From Marsupella aquatica (taxonomy: Eukaryota > Plantae > Marchantiophyta), in contig OZ316895.1 of the NCBI GenBank assembly GCA_973895155.1, forward strand, positions 6,158,687 through 6,222,686: a DNA stretch of 64,000 nt. Reading direction: 5' to 3'. How positions within the stretch are numbered: the stretch's first letter is position 1; every line of letters begins with the position of its first letter. The notes below the pieces were generated by a model. It searched no databases. It was not told the origin of the DNA and saw nothing but the letters and a program-made list of their open reading frames with translations. The translations under genes were made by a program, and so were the position numbers. This document shows positions 12,994 through 22,821 of the stretch, in pieces.

Positions 12994-15722
12994 ATGACCG
13001 AATAATTACGAGTTCAGGAAAGGGATTATTACGCACGACCGAGGTATGGTGGCGGCAGCGGAGTAAAAATCAGTTAGAAGAATCACGCTTGGACCGAGGC
13101 GCCGACTTCAGCTCTTTATCAATGACCGAACGGCCTGGCCTTCTCACGCTCGGGCTCATCCTGGCACCTCCATAAGAGAGGAGCCGATGGCACTGCGGGC
13201 CATTTGCTCATGTCTACCTTTTTGGAATTTGCGGACGTTGCCATCCACTCGCCTTTCTGATTGAATCAAATTGACCTTTACGAGGAGATTATCGAGGGAG
13301 AAGAGCGGATTGTGGTGAGATTTAGTCGGGACGAGCGAGGCCTCCAAGAGACCAAGGACCAGCCGGGTGGGAACGCGGACTCAACGAACCGGACTACGAG
13401 GTTAGTATGACCCTCACAGCCTTGGGATTTTGGACCTTGTTTGGCGAGGTAGGTGCTAAGTTCTCCGAGACTTACTAGTACTCTTGTCCCGAGAAAACCG
13501 CTTACAAACGAAGGTACGCGAAGCTGGTAACCAAGGTAGCACTGGTTAATTGCGAAAGGACAGCCATCACCAGGGATTCTAGCTACAACGAGCTGCGAGA
13601 CTACATCACCGAACTATATCTCAGCGAGGAAGAGCTTAGATCGGTAGCAGAGGCAATTCTTGAGGTCCAAGTGAAGTTCTTTAAGCTAAAAGGCAGCCAG
13701 CGGCTTACTCCAGCGGAGTTCGACAAGATTCCGGGGTACCTAGACCAGCAGATCGCAGCCGAAAAGCACCAAGAAGATATCAGCAGACAACGGGAAGCGG
13801 CGCGTAATCTTACGTTCCTCGGGGAAAGCTCCAACGCCTTCAACTGGGATATGGCTACCCCAATACCACCAGTGCCTCAGCCGATGACCACTGGCGTACC
13901 ACCAAGCCGGTCCCAAGTCCGTTCAGTGATCAACACTGAGTGTTCTTCGGGTTCCGAGCGAGTTAGTCCGCAACTCGAACAGCGTCCTCGTAAGCGGCCA
14001 AGGACTACGACGGCCCCAGAAGCAACAACGCGAACCAACACCGCGCCTGTACCTGCCTTGACAAACCCCCCGACCAACCAGACCCGACGACCCCCGGATA
14101 ACCTGAAGTCCAACCTGTTACAGATAATCCGCGTCCCCGAAGTAGTCTGGATCGCAATCAAGAAACTCGAGCATGCGGACTATGTTAAGGAGCATCAGTT
14201 GGAGCAGTTCGCTCACTTGCTATGGAGACCGTGCGCCGCCCCGCCGAAGGAGATTTGTGAGTTCATCTCCAATTTCAACACTGATGCGTCGACCACCAAG
14301 GTTTCGGGGCAGGCCTTATCACTCACGGAGCATCGGTTAACGCAAATCTTCTGCCTACCAACCGGGCCGGTGCCGGTTGAAATCCGAATTCGGGATAAGG
14401 AGTATACACCGCGGCACTTCAAACCCGAGGGTAAGACGGACAACGGATACAAGCAGGGGGCGTGCACCAACTTAACCTGTATGGAGTGGCTTAACTTCAT
14501 ACGGACTACCCTACACATGATTGAGCCATGATCCGAGATTTCCCTCTGCACGATCGTGCAGGTGGAACAGTACAAACGGCAAAACTGGGCCCAATTCTTC
14601 TACCAAAGATTCTCGGGGGAGCTGAAGTGGGCTCAAGGTGGTATGGCTATTGGAGGGAAGACTTACTTGGGAAGTCATATCGCCATTATCCTCGCCTGGT
14701 ACAAGGCACGGCGGGAGGCCAGAGGAAAGAATATGGCCACCTCAGCCCCGACTAATGTCACCCCCGTCGAGGAGGAGGCAACCCCAAGCACGCGGACTAC
14801 CGTCCCTCAAGAAAACCCCGAGCCGGAAGCCCCGACCAATACTCCGCCACCTCCTCCTGTGGAAATTCCGCCGCCCCCTTCCGTTGAGCCTCCGCTACCC
14901 GCGGTACAACCACCCCCAATCCCTCCACCACCTGAAGAAACCTTCCCCTCCCCAGCACTGACTACGGAGGAGCTCATTGCTCCACCCGAGGAACCACCAG
15001 TGCCCGAGAGGATGGAGGACTACCAAGTAGCCCCGGGGACCATGGCCTACGACCTGGTCCAGAAGTTTAGCCAGACTATGTCTGGGGAGCTGGCGACATA
15101 CATCGGACAACAAGTCTCGGCGTACTTTCAGCCAGCCTTCTTCATGTTAGAGCACGAACCACGGATCGTAAGCCGCTTGGAAGAAGAACTCATGGCGAAG
15201 GGGAATGAGATCGGGCGTCTCCAGATGCTGGTAGAGCACCTTGAGGAGGAGGCAACGACCCGCCGCGAGGAGTTAGTCCGCACCGTCGAACAGAGGGACG
15301 GACTAACCCAGGAGTTAAGCGGAGCGCAGACCAAACTCAAGAAGCTGGATGACACCGTGCTTCAATTACGCTCAGAATCTTCGGCTCGGGTTACCAGCCT
15401 GACCGACCTCAACAAACAATTCCTACAGGCAGCGCAGCAGGTGGCTAGTCTCTCCGCCGAACGAGATAAATTGCTAGCGCAGGACCAGGTCCATCGCGAC
15501 TCCATCGACCAGCTCAACTTGGAGGTAGCGCGGCTCCAGACCGAGGCTGATGAAGCTGCAAACGAGGCGGAGGAAGTAGTACGGGACAACAAGGCTTTGC
15601 AGGACCACGTTACCCTGCTCGTCCTCCAGCGGGGAAAACCAGGGCCCACCTCTAATCAAGGCGGCTTGAGGTCTCGCCCCGACAAGGGGACCAGCCCTGG
15701 TCCAACCACTGCACACACATAA
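12994..15722 (+). pseudogene. LTR-embedded accessory ORF, 5' LTR copy (transposon eORF-like central domain, Pro-rich region, coiled coil)
   Basis: ORFs 13671-14531 and 14556-15722 share a frame and are split only by TGA at 14529, which is CGA in the other LTR. That frame is open from 13479. A decayed N-terminal extension can be traced back to ATG 12994. Confidence 0.85.
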
Positions 15723-15980
15723 GGGGTGGTTAGCGAAGGACGAAAGTAGGCGCCGCGCGAGGCGGTTAAGTCAGCGGCATCTTTTGGTGAGGTATAACGA
15801 CAGAATAGCTATCATTAGGCACCGATTAGCGGCAGTAGGAAGAATTAGGGCCGGTCAGTTAGGATCAGCCACTGTAGGATGGAGTCCATCAACGGACTAG
15901 AGTTTGTCAGTAGGCTTGGCCGCTGCCATCCCGATCGGCACACTCGTAGTCGACGGTCAACCAGTCAGTGCAGCGCAGCC

Positions 15981-16038
15981 AGTTAGTCAGCAGGTAGTTA
16001 GTCAGTAGGTAGTATCCCGGAAGGTAGTATCCTCCGGT
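15981..16038 (+). repeat. 15-bp period repeats upstream of the LTR TATA-like box
   Basis: agttagtcagcaggt, agttagtcagtaggt, agtatcccggaaggt, agtatcctccggt. Repeated at ~25899-25956. Confidence 0.75.
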
Positions 16039-16056
16039 TCTCTTCCGCAATTGTAG

Positions 16057-16091
16057 TATTTAGGCTTCCCCTTCCGCTATGGAAGGGGGAG
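16057..16091 (+). promoter_or_regulatory. Putative LTR promoter: TATTTA followed by stem-loop ccccttcc-gctat-ggaagggg
   Basis: TATA-like motif at 16057-16062 with an adjacent hairpin, identical at 25975-26009. Promoter role is inferred, not shown. Confidence 0.45.
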
Positions 16092-16726
16092 AAGGCTTAG
16101 TTATCTCAGCAGAAGAAAGGCGAGGCACAGGGAGTCCCGGCCTGAGTAGGGTCAGAGCGCACCAAGGAGTGTCAAGAGCCAGAGTCGAGCTTGCTGGGCA
16201 AGTGCGAGGTAGGGCCTCGTAGAGACTAGGCATCGACTGCCGTTGGGCCTGCTGACCCCCTTTGAAGTCGAGTCAACCATGTAAACTGATGCTTCGCTGA
16301 GTAAATGTAGTCTTTTCCCTCTAATGTTTTTGAGAGTAACTGGTGTTGTGTGTATGCTTTGTCTGGGCAAAGGCGCCATTTTAAGGGACGTATCGGGTGC
16401 GGACTAATGGTAGGGATTGCGACTCATTGCATGTCACAAGGTCCTGTCACGTCGATGGCTTGAAAAGCCCCAAGCCGGGAGTTAGTCCGCGTCACTAACT
16501 GAGGGAATATTCCAGCGGTGGAAAACAAATATACCTATGACAAGTACGAATTATGCAAGTGTTATACCAGTAAGTATATCGGCTTAGCCTGACTTAGGGC
16601 TATTAAAGGTCACTACACACCTCCTTGCCCAAACCCTCACCCCTACTGGTGGTCGAGGTCGCACCATGACACTAAACTGGATTTAAGGCCCAGGTTAGGG
16701 GCGCGACATACGGCGACCGGTTTTTT

Positions 16727-16744
16727 TGGCGCTAGATGGAGGGG
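16727..16744 (+). other. Primer-binding site, probably tRNA-Asn
   Basis: tggcgctagatggagggg matches 17/18 the complement of the plant tRNA-Asn(GUU) 3' end as I recall it (TGGCGCTAGAAGGAGGGG). It lies 18 nt downstream of the LTR end. Confidence 0.75.
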
Positions 16745-16823
16745 GCACTCATTTTGCCTTACGAGTGGAGCCGTGTAGTGAGCTAGTAACCTTTGATTTC
16801 ATACTCGATGTGTAGGAAGGGGC

Positions 16824-19800
16824 ATGCCCCTTACCCGGTCACGTTCTGCGTATTTACAACAACCGGATGGAGCACCAAGTTTGGAAGAGAATACCGCATC
16901 CGGGAGCTCGGCTTCCGAAGCGGGATCGCGTGTTGTGATGGGTACCCAAGCACCAACGGCGGGAGGAACTCCACCGGTTCCACCAGCCCCGCAGGTACCA
17001 GGTGCGTTGCGGCCCCCTGCGGCTCAGAACGTGTCGCAGCGATCCCGGTTTCACTATCGACCCTTTAAGGGACGACCCACGGACGACCCCGATGAATGGA
17101 TAGCTGAGTTCGAGGCCACGGCCAAGGCGAATGGCGAGGAAGCCATTAAGCTAACTATCCTCCCAGGCGTGCTACGAGGAGAAGCGCGCCCGTGGTATAA
17201 CTTACAACCCCCTGGTTTCACATGGGGCCAGTTCCAAACGGCGTTCTTGCAAGAATTTTGGCCCGTGGGGATCGAATCTCGGGCCCTGTCAAAAATCGGA
17301 CGAATGCAAATGGGTAAGCATGACTCACTTCGCAAATTTCTGCAGCGGTTCCAGAAGGTTGCCGCCAAGATTCGGCCTAAGCCAGATGACTCTCTGCTGA
17401 GGAAATGGTTCATCAATGCGCTACCCCAGAGGATGGCGTTCTCGGTGCTAGAGAAGAAGACCACCACTCTACAACAAGCAATTGATAGTGCCGAATCCTT
17501 CAGGGAATCGCACTACGCCTCTCAGCTTAATAGAAGGACCAAGCATAAGAAGAGCAGGAGGTATCATACCTTTAGCAACTCCGACTCTGAATACGATGAG
17601 AAGAAAAGGAAGAAGAAACGACGACATAAGAAGAAGGGCCGGACAAGCTCTTCGTCAGACTCTGATTCAGAGTCTAGTGATTCCCTGTCCAGTAGCCCGA
17701 TGTCAACTGGCTCATCCTCCAGCGAGACCGAGTCAGAGGCTCGTAACCACCGAAGGAAGAAGGGATCACGGTCAGATACGGGTAAACATAAACCGCAAGC
17801 CAAAGTCGTCACCACGGACCAAAGGCCGCTGAGGTAGAAAAGCTGAACGAAATCACAGACCAGCTGAAGGCACTGTCGGTGCACTTGGCGGAAAAACCTC
17901 CGGACAAGAAGAAACCACCGGAAATCCGAGCGCATGCTTGGTGCTCCAAGTGTTATCAGTCGGGACATGTGGTGCAAGAATGTCTAAGATGGAACACTTG
18001 CGTGCACCAGATGGAGTTGGAGCCCGGACAGTCCGAGCCAGAGGGATGCACGATGGAGTACTTCTTCGAGGATCCAGGTGAGGCGGTGTTCCAGATGAGT
18101 ATGACGGGACCTCGCACCCTACGCGGCCACAATCCAGGGTTCCATACCCCTTATCCGTACCCAGTGAATGGGCGTGGCCCCCAGATGACCAGCAATCCAA
18201 GTATCCCACCTAAACCCGGAGTTTGGCGGACCCCGGTTTGCTATAATTGCGAGAAACCTGGTCACTTTGCCCGAGAGTGCACGGCGCAAAGGAAGCAAGG
18301 GGATGGGAGAGCGCTTCCATTGTGCCAGGTCTGTTGAACCGAAGCACATTCCACGTCAAACTGCCCCTTGGTGCTAGCCGCGAAGGCCGGCGCCGTGAGA
18401 GCTGCTCAACCTGCGGCCCCACCAACTACGGATGCAGTAGTACAAATGGTAACAATGGAATGGCAGGACGACTCCACCGAGTGGATCAACCTCATAGAAG
18501 CAGTCGAGCAAACAGGAATGCACGCGGACGACGAGTGCTATCGCGTTTCTACCCGATCATCCCGCAAGAAGGATAAGTACAAAGAACGAGCTCGGAAGGA
18601 TACCCAGCCGGAAGAGGCGGTCACGGATAAGAATAGTCCCATGGAACCAGACGAGCTGGAAGACTATCAGCGGGATAACCCGAAGTTATTCTACCCGTGA
18701 GTAGAGGAACTGGTCAAAAAGCAATTGGAAGCCTACGAGGCCCAAGAGCACGAGAAAGCCATTAAGAAGGATATTGCCGATGCTAAGGCGGCCGAAGAAG
18801 CCGAGGAAGCTGAGACTGCCTTGCAAACTGAAGGCAAGGGAGCAGAAGCATTAAAATCTGCGACCCACCGTCTAACCAATACGACATCGAAAAGGATGTC
18901 CAGAACTGTGCAGCCACAGCCACTGTCAGACAACTATTGCAGGATAACCCAAAGTATCGGCAACAACTCAAAGAGATGCTAATAGGAAAGAGGAGGCGAC
19001 GGCTACCTCGGGTAAGCACCTTAGCCGACTGTATGATGATTTACCAGGACTTAGGAGCGCCGGAAGTCTCTATCAAGATAGCAGGCTGTACTGTTCAGTT
19101 TGTACCAATAGACGGCGGGTCCGGTGTAAACATTATGACGGAGGACACTTCCGTAAGGTTGGGATATACGTCTTATCAACCCACGATGCGTGCCATTCGG
19201 TTAGCAAACAGCGCCAGGATCATGCCACTGGGGACGTTAACCAAGATATCCACGTGGATTGGAGGCCTCGAGTTTTTTCTAAATTACCTGGTGATGCGAC
19301 CAGTCTGACTCTCTTCTTATCCAGTACTGCTGGGCAGACCCTGGTTATACGGTGCCCGAGTTGTTACCGACTGGGGAAGGAAGGAATTACGATTCGGTAA
19401 CCCGACTAAGACGGTGTCCTGGAAGGAAGAAGACTATCAGGGCGAAACGCCCCAGGGACCCGAAGAATATGACTCGGAGGAGGACATCTCAGAAGAAGAG
19501 GTGAATATGGTGGAGTTAATCTCTCACCTGGATGAAGAGGAAGTCTTCGGGGTAAATGCCGTCCGAGAAGCCCATATTCTGAACCAGCCCAGACCAGCGG
19601 CCCAAATCGAAGCACCCGGGAGGCCAGAAGGAGATGATGCGGCAACGGGCGGAGCATTCCCTGGCAGGGTGAGCCCTACGAAGGCAGTTGGCCGGCTGGC
19701 CTTACCCGGTATACCCGAGGAAAACGCTACTCAGACCGCCACTCCTCCCACAAAGAAAAAGGTTACCTGGAGCCCCAAGATTCCGTCCGTAATAGAGGAA

Positions 19801-22800
19801 CCCAAGAAGCTCCCAAAGGAGCAGCCGACAGTCTGGGAACCTGTGGCCTACGATGGCACCAGACTAGAGGAATTGGAAGCTCATCTTGACCGGGCCACCA
19901 AAGACCATGTGGATGTAATCCGCAAGGAACACTATGGCAAGTACACCACAAAGAGGGAGAGAACATTCAACGTCGATTATGGCCTACGAGCGCCAGAGGA
20001 AAAGGCCATCCAAGAACTCCTATCGGAATATGAGGACGTCTTCGCATGGAGTCACCAAGACTTAACCAGGATTTCATCGGCCTATGGCGAACACGTCATC
20101 GATCTAAACTTGGGTGCTCATGCCGTCCGAGAAAGGCAACGAAGACTAAACCCAAGACATTCCATCTTGGTAAAGGAGGAGTTGGATCAACTGATCGTGG
20201 CGGACATCATCTACCCCGTCTTATCTAGCGAATGGGTGTCCCCCATTGTGGTGGTTCCTAAGAAGGTAGGGCATGATGGTAAACCCAAAATTCGAATATG
20301 CCAAGACTATCGGAAGCTCAACGACGCTACTCGGAAAGACCATTACCCGCTTCCTTACACGGACATGGTCCTTGACATGGTAGCCCGAAATGAGGTGTAC
20401 ACGTTCCTAGATGGATATTCGGGTTATAACCAGATTTGGATCAGACTATCGGACCAACTCAAAACCACATTCATAACTGAGTGGGGAACCTACGCGTTCC
20501 GGCGGATGCCCTTTGGCTTATGCAATGCCCCGGCTATGTTCCAGCGAATCATTATGAATATTTTTCATGACTTCTTACAAGAATTTTTGGAGGTGTTCAT
20601 AGACGATTTTGCCATCTTCGGAACAATCGGCCAGCACCCAGAACACCTGAGGCGGACTTTGGAGCGGTGCTGAGAAGTAGGGTTGAAATTACACCCGGGC
20701 AAATGCTTCTTTGGGGTAACGGAAGGAGTGCTACTGGGACACCGAGTGTCCAAACGGGGGATCGAGGTGGACCAGGAGAAGGTGGCCGCGTGGATGAACG
20801 TCCCTTACCCAGCGGACCAGAAGGCGGTGCGATCCTTCCTAGGCTGCGTAGGGTACTACCGACGATTCATTCAGGATTTTGCTAAAATAGCCCTACCCCT
20901 TACGGAAATGATGAAGCAAGACGCGGTCATAGCAATGACTCCCCGTCGAAAATCAGCCTTTGACGAACTAAAAAACCAGCTAACGATGGCTCTGATTCTG
21001 ACTACCCCCGATTGGAACAAGGAGTTCCATGTGTATGTCGACGTGTCTGGGTTCTGCATCGGCTCAGTCCTAAGCCAACTGGACGACGGAAAACGTGACC
21101 ACCCCATTTACTTTGCGAGCCGACAACTGTTTGCCGCAGAGAAAAACTACTCGCCCACCAATCGGGAGGCCTTGGGAATCATCTACTCGTGTAAAAAGTT
21201 TCGCCATTATCTATTGGGATATAAGGTAGTATTCCACATTGACCATGATAGCCTGAAGTACATGGTAAACAAAGCAGACTTAACGGGGAGAATAGCCCGT
21301 TGGGTCCTGCTGCTCCAAGAATTTAACTATGAAGTCAGGGTGCGACCAGGGAAAGCTCACGTAAATGCGGACTTCTTTTCGAGGATCAAAGGCGAATCGA
21401 ACAACGCATCTGTCGATGATGCATTCCCTGATGAAGAGTTATTCCGCGTAGAAACAGACCAACCAACGTGGTACGGGGACCTAATCACCTTCCTCTCGAC
21501 AGCCCGCATTCCAAGTAACATAAACCAAGAGGCCGCGTCGGTCTTTCTGCGCAAGGCTGCACCATACATGATGATCCGCGGACATCTGCATAAGGAAGGC
21601 GTCGATGGGAAGATCCGCAGATGCCTAGATTATAACGAGACGATCATTGTCATGCGAGCTATGCACGAGGAAGAGGCAGGAGGACACTTCACCCCGGTCA
21701 CCACGGCTCACAAAATCTTGGACACAGGTTATTGGTGGCCTACGCTTCATCACGACGTAACTCATTTTATCCGAGGTTGTGACTTGTGTCAGCGTGCAGG
21801 CAAACCTCGCAGGTCGGGTAATCATCCTCTTACCCCGATCTTTCCCCTTGCCCCGTTTGAGAAATGGGGCATCGATTATATCGGACCATTCACTCCTGTA
21901 ACCCGAGATCGGCGTTGCCGGTACATTCTTCTGGCTATCGACTACTCAACTAAATGGGTTGAGGCCTGGGCAACGGTCAAAGATGATGCGGCCACCACCG
22001 CTAGGTTCCTGTACAAACAGATCTTCACCCGCTTTGGACCTCCCTTGGAATTAGTCAGCGACCGCGGGACTCACTTTTTGAACGAAACGGTGGAAAAACT
22101 GACTGACCGTTACCTCGTCAAGCACAGGAAGACTACTCCTTATCATCCCAAATGTAACGGACTAGCCGAGCGGGCTAATGGCATTGTAGGGAAAATCCTC
22201 AACAAAACCGTGGCAGCCCATAAAACAGACTGGGACGACAAGCTTTTCGCGGCGGTCTATTCGTACAACTTGGCATTTAAGACTACTACAAACCATAGTC
22301 CGTATTTCTTGGTATTCGGGCAACACGCGCTAGTACCCGTCGAGTTCAAGGTCGAGACCCCGCGGGTGTGCATCCGCCCCAGACTATCGGAGGCTGGTAG
22401 TTCGTCCGATCGAGCATATAAGATCGACAGGCTAGAAGAACAGAGATTGTGGGCATCGTGACGCGTAACTGCCAAGCAAGAAGCAACGAAGAAACAGCAC
22501 GACAAGGGACTGCGCCAGGTGGACATCACCACGGGAGATCTTGTCCTTCTGTACGACAGTAGGTACATGTACTTTCTAGGAAAGTTACACACACGCTGGC
22601 AAGGACCTTTCGTTGTCCAGCAGATGTACCCGAACGGATCCTTACAGCTATCAACGTACGTCGGCGACCTCTTTCCCAATCGAGTTAGTTACGATCGTGT
22701 GAAGAGGTACTTCCACCAGGACAATGAGCGTAATGATGTTCGCGAGGACGCTTCACACTTAAGTGGGGAGCTATGTGACACGGGTAACGTGTCACTTGAC

Positions 22801-22821
22801 CGAACCCAGGTCATAGATTAG
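16824..22821 (+). pseudogene. gag-pol polyprotein (Gag, three CCHC knuckles, aspartic protease, RT, RNase H, integrase), disrupted
   Basis: Gag: DPDEWIAEFE..ARPWY. Knuckles: CSKCYQSGHVVQEC, CYNCEKPGHFAREC, CQVC*TEAHSTSNC. PR: IDGGSGVNI. RT: RICQDYRKLN, FIDD. RH: DVSG..YFASRQL. INT: GGHF..H..CDLC, WGIDYIGP, VSDRG, AERAN, GPF. Two frame changes (~17820, ~18850) and five in-frame TGA stops. Confidence 0.95.
22761..22770 (+). other. Polypurine tract
   Basis: aagtggggag lies 3 nt before the TG start of the 3' LTR. Confidence 0.75.

Larger units (their letters stand above)
12855..16708 (+). repeat. 5' LTR (3854 bp)
   Basis: Starts tgtgacacggg, ends gcgcgaca. Colinear with 22774-26623, with only a 1-bp and a 3-bp indel noticed. 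Confidence 0.96.

Noticed and set aside
13601-15716. Multiple minus-strand and alternate-frame ORFs overlapping the LTR ORF (also 23520-25634)
   Set aside because: Shadow ORFs of a GC-rich coding frame with no independent motifs.
13479-15722. The LTR ORF as a retroviral-type envelope
   Set aside because: No signal peptide or convincing transmembrane segment; YLGSHIAIILAWY is too short.
18335-22461. TGA stops as selenocysteine, read-through or RNA-editing sites
   Set aside because: CpG deamination is simpler and is directly supported by the CGA/TGA difference between the two LTR ORF copies.
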